Notes: generated by a model from the sequence alone, not told the origin. 64,000 nucleotides of DNA from Takakia lepidozioides (GCA_030704615.1 CM060731.1:66774001-66838000); one strand, 5' to 3'; counted from the stretch's first letter, positions 39,340 through 53,335 are shown. A program made the numbers and translations.

Positions 39340-42300
39340 TTAAGCTGCTGCACGCTGATCCTCAACGGAGGTTCGGTAGCACGCTCTCTTTGCAGCCCGG
39401 ATAACATCCTCCACCTGCAGTGGCAAGTTTGTTAGTAAGGTGAGTGGCGGGGTGAATACAACTGAACACTGCAGAGCATTGTAGTATTTGTTACATATAT
39501 GAAGCAGAAAAGAAAGGGTGGACTCCTGTCGAAGCAAGCGTCAATTACAGTGTATCTTCACCGCGAAGGGCTCCTGCTTTCCTTTTGGAGGGTGGATGGC
39601 AATAAAGCCACGTGGTTGCCCAGACCTAGGGACTCAAAAGTCCAAAGATTACCCACTAGTGTTAGATGGGCATAGCTGAATTGTGATCCCTGCCCCTACC
39701 CAGATCTTAAATATAAATGCATTTCAATACCACGGGTTTTGTTGGACTTCAATGCTTTGGGTACGAGGGACTTAAATACTGCCAGGGTAGGTTCTTAAGG
39801 TACTATGCTAGAATTCATTAGTATATCTGTGGGCTGAACTGGATACTGAGCTACCCAACAGTTGATTTATCAAATTGACATATTCAAGAAGGCAAAAGTT
39901 CACATATTACAACCAGAAAAAGAACGACTTTTAGAAGGTCCATCTAAAACCTTCACATACACGTGGAAAACACGTTTTCAAACAGAGGAACAAAAAAGTC
40001 GGTGATTCAGGGAGAGAGGGAGACCTGGGGTACGGCAAGACGCTCAAGGTTCGCAGCGTACGGCATGGGCACATCAGCCCCACATATGCGCTCCACAGGT
40101 GCATCCAGGTAATAGAAGCTCTCTTCTACTACACTTGCACTGCACGCACAGATAAAACTAATAAATAATCTAAGCTCCAGGAGAAAAAAAACAGAGACAC
40201 ACAGAGAGAGGACCCTAAACGAGCTGACAAGAATATAACATTCCAAATGAAGCCTTGCAGGATGGAAAGCATAGAAAATGGCCCATGAAAGTTGTGTGTT
40301 TTAGTAAGGCTAACCAGATCTCAGCGCCGACACCATGCTGGGGCCAACCTTCCTCCAGGGTAAGAAGGCGTGAAGTTTTCCGCACAGATGCATTAATTGT
40401 TGCTCTATCAAGGGGTCGAATTGATCGCAAATTGACGACCTAAAACAATGTATTCACAGGCTTTGTCTGTTACTCGCAGAAAGATATTCTGTAGTTTGTT
40501 GAAGAATCTGAGAGCATTATTGACACAGCATCAGGCATTTGCCTCAATATGTCGGGTACAATCAAATATGTTTCTCCTTCCACTTCCAGCAGAGCAAATA
40601 AAGCGACACTAGAGCAAAGTAGAAGGGAAAATTGAAAAGCGACACTAAAATTTTCCTTACTTTGACCTCATTCTCTGCACTCAACATAACAGGAAAAATT
40701 CCCACTTCCACCCTTTCTCAAATTCAACCTCAGGTTACTGGACCAAACAGTTGTCAAGAGAATGCAATCACCTCAGCGCTGATTCCTTCCTTGGCTAGTT
40801 CATCTGCAGCCTGCCCAAATAACCACATTCACCAGGACCATTCATAGCTCTTAGACAATCAATCATTGGCATGCTGACAAGAAGAGGTGCATACAGGTTG
40901 GGGGGATGAGAGAATCTTGAGCCTTACTTTCAACCAGAACTAAGAAACAGAATATTGCTCCAATTAACCCCATTGAGTGTGTCTCAGAGAAAAGGCAAGA
41001 GAGAAAGAAACAAGGAGTTTAACATCCACATAGAGAAAGAGAGGGATATATTGTACTCATAAGACGTTGTTTACCAGGGCCTTGTGGCCATAGACCCCAC
41101 ACCAGTTTGGGCGGAACAAAAGGGAACAGACACAACCTTTGTGAGGGCTCACTCCGGTAGTGGGACTTACCTTCATATAGACAACTAGTTTGGGCTTTCC
41201 GGATATCCTTTAGAAAGCCATTCACACAAGCATCAACCCGCAGTGTGTAAGCTGCCCAGCAATAAGAGAGAGAAGGTACTCATAAGACGTTGTTTGCCGT
41301 AGCCTTGTGGCCATTGACCCTGCGCCCAGTTTGAGCGGAACACACAAAGGGAGAGAGAGAGAGAGAGAGAGAGAGAGGCTTTCAACCTCTGCACCCCTTC
41401 ACATCGTCAGTGAAAGAATATTCACCTTCAGGGCATATCCAACCATCTTGGAAAATGCAACGATTGTGATGTCCTTCCCCTCTCTTTCAATCTGCACAAG
41501 AAACGATGTCAGTGAAACTCAGAAACCAAGATCAATGAGGTATCTCACCATGCTCATACAGGTTAAGATGCATGTAGCTTGGGATCCTAGAAACCAAACT
41601 GTGGCACCCCATGACTGTGGCACTTGTATCCACCCAAATATTTTATGACATTCAACTGACATATGGATATATATCAACTGTTATGATTGTATTTATTGAT
41701 GTTTCCCACAAGAGTCACCAACATATGGAATTAAAGGTACATTGATGTGAAAACCTTCTATGCCATTAAAGGTTTGTTCCAATGTGCCTTCATCTGAAAA
41801 TACTTCAGACTCTCATGTCCTGAATATAGTGAGAAGCTAAAGCCTGCCTCCTGTCCTCAGCAGTAAAAAGAGTAATACAAAAGGATGATGGGTTTGGTTA
41901 CTCTAAGTAACCCATCTTTTCCTCTATGGCCTTTCTGAAATTCATGTAGTTGGCCTGTGGGACGGTCATTTTCTGCTGCAGATGCTCCAAAGACTTGAAA
42001 AATCCTACAATTTAAGTATTTGCCAATGACACTAAACATTGCAAAGGCCGACTTCAATCTACATATGCAGCAGCTTACCTTGGCTTGACCGATTGGTAGA
42101 GTGAAACTTGGATCAAGCACTTCTTGCGAGATTGGGAACGACTCTCCGTACCTTCAAAGGATCAACCAAACCCAAAGTGACATAAAAAATTGTGCCTCTG
42201 AACAAGGGATGGAGTATGTCAAAACTACGAACGTACTGTCTGTATCAGGAAAAGCAATTTAATGACACACGGAAGAAGTACACACCGAACTCATACAAAA

Positions 42301-45300
42301 ACATTGCAAAACAAAGATGCGTTTGACACAATGGCCCTGGCAAACAAAATCTGTATAATCCAGGGCCTAGCCCCCTGTTCACTAAAAAATTAAAAAAAAA
42401 TTAAAAATCTGTTGAGAGTAAATAAATGGTGCAGAGGAATGGTGGCCAAGTTCAGCCATATTTCAATACTCTGGAATCTCCTGTAAAAGCAGAAACCAGC
42501 AGGTGCCATTCATTCGAGATCAGTGGCATACAAAATCTCATTTTCCAGGAAGACGACAGGGTCAGGGTCGCGGATGGCAGCCTTGAGAAGTCCGCGTGCA
42601 TCCTCAGCGCTATAGGGCACCAGCACCTTCAAACCTGGGACCTGCCCATACCATGCTGCAAAACACTGCAACAAGCACACGTCATTACACAGTAGCTGGC
42701 ATTGTCCTTGCCAACATGGGAAAAGGTTTGAGAACAACAAAGCGTCCTCCACTCTCCCTCATGGCACCAAAATCAGTTTTGACATCACAATCACTTGCAA
42801 TGTACATCGAGGTTGAAGCTGCATGCATATCCCTAAGAGGCTGTTAAGTGATCAAGGAGTTTTTGCTTGCTAACAAAGTTTGGTGAACTTAAAAGCGACA
42901 ACAACATGAGAGGGACCAGAGCGGTACTTGGGAATGCTGGGCAGCAACACCTGCAGCCGCTCCATTGGGACCCCTAAACACTATAGGAACGTTGATTGTG
43001 CCTCCTGACATATAATTTGTCTTGGCTGCTGAATTGATTATGTGGTCTATGGCCTGCCAATACTCAATAACGCACTGTTTAGTACTCAAAAACACTGAAT
43101 GTGAATGTAGACGCTTGGAATATACAAGTATGTCTCTGCCCGAGAGAAAGAAAGAGTGTGGTATTATTAACTACACCCAAGATCAGTAGAGAATGTACTC
43201 ATAAGACATTTGTTTGCCGTAGCCTTGTGGCCATTGACCCCACCCCCAGTTTGGGTGAAACAAACGGGAACAGACACTACTGTAGGAGTCAAGAGTCAAC
43301 CTTCTGTAGGAACAGTTCTTTCTACTGTATCCCTCCGTTCTTTAGAAAACACCTCACTAATAGAGTTAGATTCACGGCCACGAAGGCTGTAGTGCATTTC
43401 AAAGGTTTTCACAATCTCAACCATAAAAACCACTACTGCACCCTTGTTAATCCTCAAAGCGTGTACTTGCTGACCATTTTTCTGCCTGGACAAATGCATT
43501 AAGGCTAACCACAATCTATTATTACTACCGCCATGGTGGTTCAAGTTAATGGCATGTTACAGCTCTTCTCATACAATTTCTTCTGAGCCTTTACTAGCTG
43601 ATCAGAGAGAGTAAATTCATCAGAGAGAATGTACTCATAAGATGTTTGCCGTAGCCTTGCTTCATCACATAGAAAGAATGTAATCATAAGATGTTGTTTG
43701 CCGTAGCCCTGTGGCCATTGACCCCGCATCCAGTTTGAGCAGAACACAAAGGGACAGAACCTACCCTTGTCAGGGTCTGACGCCGGTAGTAAGACTTACC
43801 TGGGAATAAACAATTGATCCGGGTTTGCCAGATATCCTCTAGAAGTCCCTTTACACAAGCATCTACCTGCTGTGTGTGGTTTGCCCAATAACTAGGCCCC
43901 AAAAGGGCCTGGGCTTTTGGCTCAGCCTCAAGACTTTCAAAGTTAGTAAACAGAGATACAGGCACAATTCCCTTGATAGAATTGAAGAGAGCGTCTCTCT
44001 GGTGAGAGAACCCCGTACAATGAATCAGAAAATGAATATTGTCTTCGTGTTGCCCACACAACACACTCTCCCTTTCTTCTCTGCGTCTGTTTGCTGTTCA
44101 AAGGTAGGCTTCCCGCCCTGAGTTTAAATTTCAGTCTAGTGCCAAGAGTGGGTAGACCCTTGATCCATGATGTCCTTCCCCATGTCACAGACTGGAAACA
44201 AGTTCAGGGAAGTTTTCTGCCTAATTTCATCAGACAATTTCCTGGCAACAGACATGGCTTTGGACACTACAGCCTCTTAGTCAGATTTATCCAGCAGGGT
44301 CAAGACTTGCGGGCTAAGATCCAGATCCTTGAGAATCTCTTCTAGTCTCTTCTGCCAGGACTTAGCCTGTTTGACAGGGCGATCCTGCTTCCAAGATATA
44401 GAGTCGATTAACTTAGGATATCTGATGTTGGACATATGTTGCAGCTGACCCCACAATCTGACCTTGAATTCATCTCGTCGGGAGCTTAAGGAAGGGATGC
44501 CAAACTCACCCCGAACAGCCACATTGACTGTTGTGGAGCATGCTGACATGCACTCCTTAAGCACCCCACCTTGAATGGATTCTAGAGCCTTAGCCTGGTT
44601 GGAGTTATCAACCCATACTGCAGATGCATACTCCAAGGCAGGTCTACTAAAGCGACAAAGCATGGTTTGTTTTACCTCAGAGATGATCCCTCTGCAGTGG
44701 AAAAATTTAGTGAGACCCAGCGCTTTGCGCTTGCCAGTTTGAACAACTTTCTGAATATGTGCATCCCGATTACAGTTGGAGGAAAACTCAACGCCGAGGT
44801 ATGTGTAGGAAGGGAGGACCGGAATCTCTTGGCTTCCCGACTGCCACTTGAGATCACCTCCTCCCTCTCCTCGGTCGTTGAATGCCACCACTGCACATCT
44901 ACTGACGTTAGCCTCTAGCCCCCAAAGGTCAAAGTATCTGTTCGTGCAATCAATTAACTCCTGGAGATTGGAAGGAGTCTCCCCTATGCCTGCGAAGTCA
45001 TCCGCAAACATAAGGGCTGGTATGGTGGCATCACCCACCCTTAACCCAAATCCCTCACTTTCCACATTCTCGAGGAGTTGATTGATGAACACATTGAAGA
45101 GCAGAGGGGAGAGGGTACATCCTTGAGCTACACCTTGGTCTCTGTCAAAGAAGTTAGACTTCTGCCCATTAACAGTGACACAACTTTTGGTGTGAACATA
45201 TAAAGTTATGGACAACTCTCCACATCTTTCCCTTGATCCCAGATGACCAAAGTCAGAGCCATAGACCGTCTCTCCACATGGTGTCATAAGCCCCTTTGAC

Positions 45301-48300
45301 ATCCAAGAGAGAGAGAGAGAGAAAGCGAGAGAGACCTGCATGGCAAAGTTGAATGTCATAAACTCGACAATAGGCTTCAGTCCATAGAATGCTGCTCCGA
45401 CTCCAAGCCCTGTAAACCCTGCCTGAAAGTCCAACCATAGCGAAGTCAAACACTGAGGAAGTCACTCAACATAAAAAGCTGCTCCAAACATATTTACTTT
45501 AATATACCAAAAATGAAATGACAGTAACCACAAGCACCTTCGCTGCTGAAGGCAGCGGCAATTGGCACATTAAATCACACTGGTTTTCAAATCAGAGCAC
45601 CACCTGAACACAGGTTGATGTGTTCAGCTAGCCCTGAATTTGCAAGATATTTCCCTATATTGTCCTCACCAGCAACACTTCCTGTGTGGGTGTCCCCCTT
45701 CCAATCCACCAGGATAAGAGAATCCCAGACTGTGGTCTAATGATGCAGAGTGAGCAGTTCATACAGAAAGATAGTTACTGAAAAATCTTCTAGCACACCA
45801 CAAAATGAGACACTGCAGGCCCATCTAGCTACCAGGTAGGTACACTCTTCTAGCACAGCAAGGATGAAAAGACTTTTGCAATATTAGTATATGATTTAAT
45901 AAGCAACAAAAAGGCATGCATATGTGGCATGCACTACTAACCTCTGTGATTGGAGTGTCCAGAACTCGGTCAGGGCCATATTTTTGTAGAAGCCCCTTTG
46001 TAACCTGCCATGATGCCACATTGAATAGTAAGAAACGTTTCCCCTATCTTGCATCCAAATGATACAATGATAACGATCCTATTGAAGGCAATTTTGGAGG
46101 GCACAACCAGTTCACTTGCACAGCTAGCTCCCATCTGCAACCCTCCAGCGATGAAAAGTGGGCCCTGTTGGGATATCTGATCGTAACTTGTTGTTAACCA
46201 TACACTAATCCCTCCTTCAATCTCCCCTTTTCTGCTCTAACCAAATTGGGGTTGGGATATCTGGAAACAAAGTTGGTGCAGGCCACATCTACCAATTGCG
46301 TGCAGCACATTAACCTCACTTATGCTCTAAAACTCGCCTTGCCAAAACCAAGAAACAGAAATCTCAGTTTTGGGGTAGCACCTTGTAAGCACCTTGGTAC
46401 TCCCCTACCTGTCACATGAACCGAGGAAAAGCCAGTTAAGCAAAAACCACCTGGTTATAGATTGATACACATTTACACTGTAACAAACAAGATAAGTTTC
46501 AACATTGAAACAGCTGTTTGCTACAATGCAGCTACAAATCAGCCACAAGAGTCTGTCAGGTACCATCAACTATATTCTTATGATTTTTCACCCCGTCTTC
46601 TCATCTCCAATGGTAACCTGCTGTTCTCCTTTTGCAATGGTTTGGCAATGAAGACAAGTAGAACAACGAAGAACTGCTGGAAATAAGACTGAAGAATTTG
46701 ACATCAATGAGGGCCACGAGGGCATATGAGAGGGGAGAGAGAGCAAGCACAGCGTGAAAATCACAAAAACTCAGTATAAAATATGTCCACACATACTCTA
46801 CATGTACCTAATGTATTACAACCTTCAATGGAGAATTAGCCTGTATGCTAGGAGAAGTACTTCACAGGATTGCTAATTTGAAGACTGGAAACCCAGAGTT
46901 TCGGGTAGTCTTCTGGCATCTTTGCATAAATCAGCAGAAACCGCTCCCACCACATGACCATCCTTGACTCCACATAGCTTACACTATAGTTGTTCAATTT
47001 ACACCTAGATAGCTCTTGAAGCCTTCTTGAGAAAATTCATCTCCAAACATGAACACCTACACCTGGATTTGTTCACAAAAGCATAAAGATAAGTCAAGCT
47101 CCTACCTCCTCGCCAATAACAACAACTTTGGAGTCGGCTGCCATCTCTTCATCGATGGCTGAGTTGAGGGCATCCCGGACCATCATCTACTCTCCAATCC
47201 ACCCAGACTCCCACATCAATTTCTCTTGCATTGGCATGTCTGAGTTTATTGAATCCTCCTATGCCATCAATAGAACCTCCGACATTTCTCGCCATCTCTT
47301 ACCACGAGTACATCAGTCCACCTTCCTCTCTCTTAAACACACATAAGCAAAACCATTTAATGTTCCCAACCCTAACAAAGTGCATAAGGAACTAACCTCA
47401 CTGGTTGAAGCAAATCGTTTAAAGCCTGCCAAAGCCCCGGCGGCGACCTTGTCACCACCATTTCCAACTCTCTATGCCCCCACATAACAATTTAGTCATC
47501 ATCACAAAAACATATTATGGTACTGACCTCCATGCAGATCAAACTTCTCATAGGTGTTCTAAATGCTCATTTGAGAAAGCATAGAGTCTCATTGACATTC
47601 ATGGTTCCATCAAATCAGGAGATCAATTCTGGAATGGACAAAATTAAAATTCTTGCTAAATTCCAATTCTAGATGTTGTTCTCTACAATTTAGTCAAGCA
47701 GTGGGCTACATTCTACACCTAGACAGTCTATTGTAGTTAGAAGTGTCGTAAATCTCTTTCTTTCTTGGTCCATTCCCACAATCCCAGTACTCCACATCCA
47801 ATTCTCTAGTACACAGTCAATCCAGCCTGTATATCAAACACTCAACAAGTTCGATTTCCATCCAATACACTCCATGAAGCAGAGAAAATGTGGGAATAAC
47901 CTCCACGCAAAGTAAGTTTACTTTCCACAGTTTCCAAAGGAGAATCTCAAACACAATTCAATTCCTCCATTCAGGAGACTGTTTGTTGAACAACTGGCGG
48001 AGCGCTAATTCCAAGGAGCGAAATAAGGTTAAAAAACCCCGGGGTACGGAAAATGAGGTGAGAGCTCTTAGGCTCTTTGCAACTATGCCCTAGAGGGTAT
48101 CACTTCAAGGAATCCAGAAGTTACAGTACCAAATAGCTGCCCCCCACCCCCCTACCTCGGACCGAAAGAGCACTGCTAAAGCTTTGTAGAAACACATTCT
48201 TGTCGAATTTGCATTGCAACTAGTTCCCGATTTCCAGAAAGCAAGAAAAAATTGGGACAACAAGTAAAAGCAAGAAAAAAACCGATGCAAATAGGACCCT

Positions 48301-48533
48301 AATAGCTATAACGTGAACTTGTGGATCACGTCCTCATATCACAGACCAAAATTGTGATTCGTGCAGTCAAATGAAGAGAATCTTGTGTAATCATTAGGAC
48401 TAGGATCAGGAATAGCAAGAGGTCGAAAAGAAAAACAATTATGAACGCGAGGAGGACCGAGAGCACAACCAACCAGAAAAGCGTTGAGAATGAATCGAGC
48501 GCCTCCAGCCTGCCTTCCCAAAGCTCCCAACAT
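39340..48533 (-). CDS. PDH-E1beta: Mitochondrial pyruvate dehydrogenase E1 beta subunit (MAB1-like). Exons 48533-48474, 47447-47397, 47186-47106, 46408-46382, 46004-45942, 45422-45336, 43053-42928, 42665-42532, 42151-42079, 41491-41426, 40810-40772, 40439-40315, 40139-40025, 39414-39340
   Basis: [17 protein letters not shown]...[17 protein letters not shown]...[17 protein letters not shown]...[21 protein letters not shown]...[17 protein letters not shown]...[15 protein letters not shown]...[13 protein letters not shown]. All 13 introns are GT-AG and in phase, and the N-terminus is presequence-like. Confidence 0.97.
41032..41376 (-). mobile_element. Two tandem 3' fragments of the LINE family between (GA)n tracts
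   Basis: gtactcataagacgttg termini at ~41053 and ~41276; a long (GA)n run at ~41351-41376. Confidence 0.85.
43188..45305 (-). mobile_element. 5'-truncated LINE (main copy ~43674-45305; short terminal fragments at ~43188 and ~43622) in PDH intron 6; RTE/CR1-group-like RT
   Basis: LDVKGAYDT...[18 protein letters not shown]...LMFADD...YTYLGV...[11 protein letters not shown] and a C-terminal CxxC...H...C knuckle, with frameshifts. The 5' junction lies in a (TC)n tract ~30 bp after the splice donor. Confidence 0.93.
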
Positions 48534-48570
48534 GACTGCAACTTAATCACGCCACCCTCTGCGTCCTCCC

Positions 48571-48610
48571 TTTCTCTCTCTCTCTCTCTCTCTCTCTCCC
48601 TCCCTCTCTG
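48571..48610 (+). repeat. (TC)n microsatellite just upstream of the PDH E1-beta start codon (likely 5' UTR)
   Basis: Direct reading. Confidence 0.9.
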
Positions 48611-50844
48611 CTCTCAGGCGTCGTCTCTCTCACAGGTCAGGGATTTCGTCGCAAATATGAGTATAGTAAGTGAAGACTTTAGGCTCACCAAGGCTATTCC
48701 TCCAATGCCAAGCACAATTCAACGGGTGGGCTGTGCGCAACCGGTGACTCACCATCCCGCAGGACAACTGTAGGGCGATCATCCATCTATATTGCGACCT
48801 GGATGAACGTGGTGCTCATGGATGAAGGTCGGGTTTACTAGTAAACGAGAAAGTGGTCCCACATTCATGCTACAAAGAAGGAAGGGATGAGCGCACTAGT
48901 AACTTACTACTTCTCCCGACAACCGGCAGTAGCCAGTACCCCTTATGGCCATACCCATCCCGACGCGTCATGTGTGCATCCTGTCCCATCCAAGATGGCA
49001 TGTGTGGCACATTCCATCCATAATTGTCATGTACACGTCGAGCGTTTCAGAGACCTGAACGGGCGACACGTGTCGACGGGAATTAGCTACAAAGGCAGCG
49101 GGCCCTACAGATGTACCAGACATTTGAGCGCCAAAGGAAGGAGAGGCACGGGACACTCCTTGTCTCCTCGTTGTTCCTCGATCGATTGATCTTTCCGCCT
49201 TGATCGTTTATACTTTCCTGTAAGATGTGCGTGCTGAAAGGAGAAGGAGACATGGAGTAGACAACAAAAGGGGTTACAACAAATTTGCGATCTATAAGCA
49301 AAAACGGTAGTCCATTGCGCGTCCATTACGATATCTTCAATTAAGTGTATAAATCGTGCTAACTTGGAGTTCTGTTTCTCTTCCTCTCTGGCTTATCGTT
49401 AGAACATTTTCCCGCCTTGATATAAGCATGGTCTTGTACATGCAGATCTTGGTTGCAGGCTCAATTCTCAGTATAACTAGTTAAGTCTTGTTAATATATC
49501 GCTTGGATAAAACGTCATAGAAAAAAGGTCAGGAGCAAGAGAGGGAGAAAGAGAGAATCTTTCAACGGGGTTTTCTATCAAAGACAGGTAAGAACCCTTC
49601 ACTGCAGTGATCTTAAGGGACATACGTCTAGCATCGGAGGTCAAATCATGTGCAGGCAATGGACAGTGTCATGTGAGTGTCATGTGTGCATATTTATGCT
49701 GACTCTTAGAAGGTCCACACGTTTACGGTCTTGGAAGTTCCACGATTATTTATCACATTTTCAGATTTATGGGACGCTGTATGGGATCATTTTGGACTGA
49801 CAGCACAAGAGAATGATATCTATGGTTTGGACTTGTGCTTGCACCAATAAGGCACCAATATCGAAGTGTTTTATCTAAAGATCCTACGATGGACATTATA
49901 GATCCACCGAGAGTGTAGTCCTGAGATATATGCTAGTGTTCAGTCTCCATACCAGGTTCAGATTGACAATGAAGGGACAATAAGATGAATTGGTAGTTTT
50001 GGTGAGTGGAGTTATCAGCGCTGGGCATGGGTATGCGCTTCTTGCGCTGAGTGCTTTGGGCCTGCTTTCTGAAGACTTAAAAATGAGCAGGTTTGAAGAT
50101 ACTATATTTGCCGTTCTAAGACATGCCTGGTTTGTTACCCGTTCGATGTATGTTGAATATCGCATGTAATTGGACATTTCAGAAGGCTGATGTAAGTGCA
50201 GCTCTTGTGCTTGCCATGTGCTTGATGGAAGTCAATCACGGACTCGCTGAAGTCGACATTTCTCCTTCCAACAGTAATTGTCATTTCGATCGATGGCAAC
50301 AAAAGGCATCTATCCCCAATCTGAAGTCATATATCAACCTATATCCATGAACATGCATAATGTTTAAGAATATCTACTGTAACTTCTTTTCCTTCGAATT
50401 GTCCTTAATGTGTTTATAACGACATGGCACGAGTCCATAAGGCCATGACTCAAAGGCTAAGGTATCGAGAAGGTAGCAGACGTTTCACAGGACTCTTGAT
50501 ATGCGCTGCCTGCTATTGGTCCCAATGAGGGGTTCTGATTCCTTGCGATGGAGTTCAAAGTTTGGTTCATTCGAAGCTGATCAACTATCTGGAAAACCTA
50601 CAATATATTACATTGATGTGCAATTGGTGACATGATTCTGTTGAAGGACCTAAAGGAGGAGTAAGAAATGAGGTTTACTTCTCTTAAGTTTGCCTTCAAA
50701 CAGCATGGTCTGCCACGACCCTGTCACTCGTTACGCACGGCGGGGCATCATATATGCCTCCCCTCGGTAACAGGGACTACATTTCGGAATGGGGAACCTC
50801 AATTTCTCTTTCGGGGACAACCAAGAAGTGGAGTGGGTTCAATC

Positions 50845-51728
50845 CAGTGTTGTGCGGGTCCGGGTTTTGAAGCCGGGTACCCGGCGGGTTAGGATCCGGG
50901 TTACCCGGACCCGCACCCGGACCCGTGCTATCACAAAAAACCCGGACCCGGACCCGGACCCGCCTGCCGGGTCCAGAACCCGTTAAACCTGCTACACGCT
51001 AACCGCGGGCCAATGTAGCGGGTCAGGTCCGGTCTTAATTTTAGATGGGGCATGCGGGGCCAACCTTAGATTTGGTAGATTTTGTCATATGTGTGGAGGG
51101 GACGAGCAGCAATAGGCCACTACAGCAGCCAACCCCACCACGTTATAGCCCAGTGGTAATGCCCACATACCACCTCAAAAGCGGTTGTGGGTTCAATCCA
51201 CGGAATGGTGTCACAAAGTTGTGCCCTATGGGACCATAATTTACACCTCCCAAAGGAGGCGTCATATATTAATATTAGGCCAGATCCCACACATCCATGC
51301 TATAGTGATCTACCCTTGAGGCATATTACTATTCTTAACATATTTAAAGAATTGATATTGAAAAATAGAAAATGGAACTCAAACTTCTATTTTAATTCTT
51401 ATTCGTGGTATACATATTCATATTCGTGGTATATTTTGAAGGAATGTCTCTTAAAATAAAATTTATTATTAGGATTTAAAGTTTTTTCCAGCCAAAAATA
51501 AATGTATCCCTAATTAATCTTATTTTTCTAATTGATTTAATCAATAAATTAGGACCCGGATCGGAACCCGTGAACCCGCTAATATTTCCCAACAACTACC
51601 CGGACCCGAACCCGGACCCGGATTTTCCAAATATCAAAAACCCGGATCCGGACCCGGACTTGGCTCCGAAAAAAATCCCGTACCCGGACCGTCGGGTTCC
51701 TTAAAAAGGCAGAATCCGCACAGCACTG
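50845..51728. mobile_element. Non-autonomous hAT element (MITE)
   Basis: TIRs cagtgttgtgcgg / ccgcacagcactg, with a perfect 8-bp TSD gttcaatc (50837-50844, 51729-51736) and subterminal acccgg repeats at both ends. Confidence 0.93.
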
Positions 51729-52389
51729 GTTCAATCCACCGATTGGTCTCACAAAGATGTCCACCTTCCTACCGGAAGGCAGTAGCCCTTAGGGGTCAAG
51801 AACGATCATTTCGGCTTCATTTGGGAGGCTTCATTTGGGAGGCGTCAAATATATATATATATATATATCTTGCGGGTCCTCCACCATCTGAACTTATGAC
51901 TTATTTGAAAAGTAGCACATGGGAACAAGCAGTCAATTACAACTGATCAGCTGTCGAAGTATGATTCGCTTTTGGGCACGTGATGGCTCGTGGTACCCGG
52001 TGCCCTTCACGGGCATGTGGACATGTGGCCATGTATATAGCCATTTCAAACCCCACTACAGTATCTTTCCATCCTTGTTGATATGGAGAATTTTGATTTT
52101 TCTCCTTCGTAGTTTACGGGTTTACGTGATGCGGGTTTGCCTTCACGCTCCGCCGTTGGGCCCACCCTTGCGTAAAATTTTTGCTCATCTGGTTCCACCC
52201 TCTGACTAGCTGGCTCCACATCAACCCTAGCTGATATCTCATCCAAGGGACAAGTTTGCGTCCCATGGCAACGTGGTTCCAGAATTAGAACCACCGGTTC
52301 CATGCTCCTGCCCCCAATGGAGCATGCTTCCACGCCAGTGGTGCCTATCTGCTTCAAAATGCGGAGGAGGCGCTCGGCGCTTAGCCGTA

Positions 52390-52683
52390 CATAGCCTGGC
52401 CTTCAGAATCCCGGTATCACCATATAAGAGGGTAAAGCATTTCCCCTTTACCGGGCACTTATCCTAACCCTTATGGTACAGTGGCTTTTACCCATAGGAT
52501 AAATACATCATCAAATTTACGATTTACCCTTTATCCTTTACGGGAGAACATAAATAAATCATCAAATTTGCGTTTATCCTTACCCACAGGATAAATAGTG
52601 GGCTTATAATAATTTACCCATATCTAGAGGATAAATAGTCTTTTCAGTTTTATTGACCGCGCTTTCCTAAGGCAGGACTATGC
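52390..52683. mobile_element. Degenerate MITE-like element
   Basis: Imperfect TIRs catagcctggcctt / aaggcaggactatg with internal tttaccc and ggataaata repeats. No TSD was seen. Confidence 0.4.
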
Positions 52684-53028
52684 AAAGAATTTTGATGCTT
52701 AGCACCGATACTTCCCATTACGCTTCAAATACGATCGAGACATGTGTCATTACAATATTCTGTCTGAATTTCTAATGAATGACGACGAACAGTTTCATGG
52801 TCACAACGAGTTTTATGGCCCGTTACTCCACAAGGTGTATAGGTTAATTGTCTGTGACTGTTGTGAGCCAGGGTGTAGAAACTAGTGTTGGGCGGTTAAC
52901 CGATTGGATCCCGGGTAACCGCCGGTTCTTGTTCAGGGTATATGGAACCGGACCGGAAGCTGACCCAGTCCTGCAGAACCGGACCGGCGACAGGAGTCAC
53001 ACGTGTGGGAACCGGCTACAGGGGCTAA

Positions 53029-53335
53029 GAGCATCTCAACCCGCAACGGTAACCTCCTGCGGCCTCCAACAATCCCCTCCCCCAGCGGCAACCCCATCAA
53101 ACTACCTGCACATGTCTTTTCGGCTAACGTGCCTTGCTTCGGAGGGACCACCTGGACTGATGCCGCCTTACCCTCACGCCATAAATGCAGGCAGTCGTGT
53201 TTTTAATCGCTCCAGCAGGTACCGGCCGGGTCTGGCGGGCCTCTATCCTGCACGAAAGTACAGCCCGAGGGCACTGATACTAGGGCCGGGGGCTCCTTTG
53301 CCGTGGGCATTTAGGGACCCCCGGTGGAGATGCTC
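53029..53335. mobile_element. Tourist (PIF/Harbinger) MITE
   Basis: TIRs gagcatctcaacccg / ccggtggagatgctc with a TAA TSD on both sides. Confidence 0.88.

Noticed and set aside
44277-45449. 390-aa ORF looking like a PDH-reverse transcriptase fusion
   Set aside because: It is PDH exon 6 read through its GT donor into an intronic truncated LINE. The PDH gene splices normally around it.
49700-50700. Possible MULE/SWIM transposase relic
   Set aside because: Only a vague WHES-like motif among many stops; too weak to call without a search.
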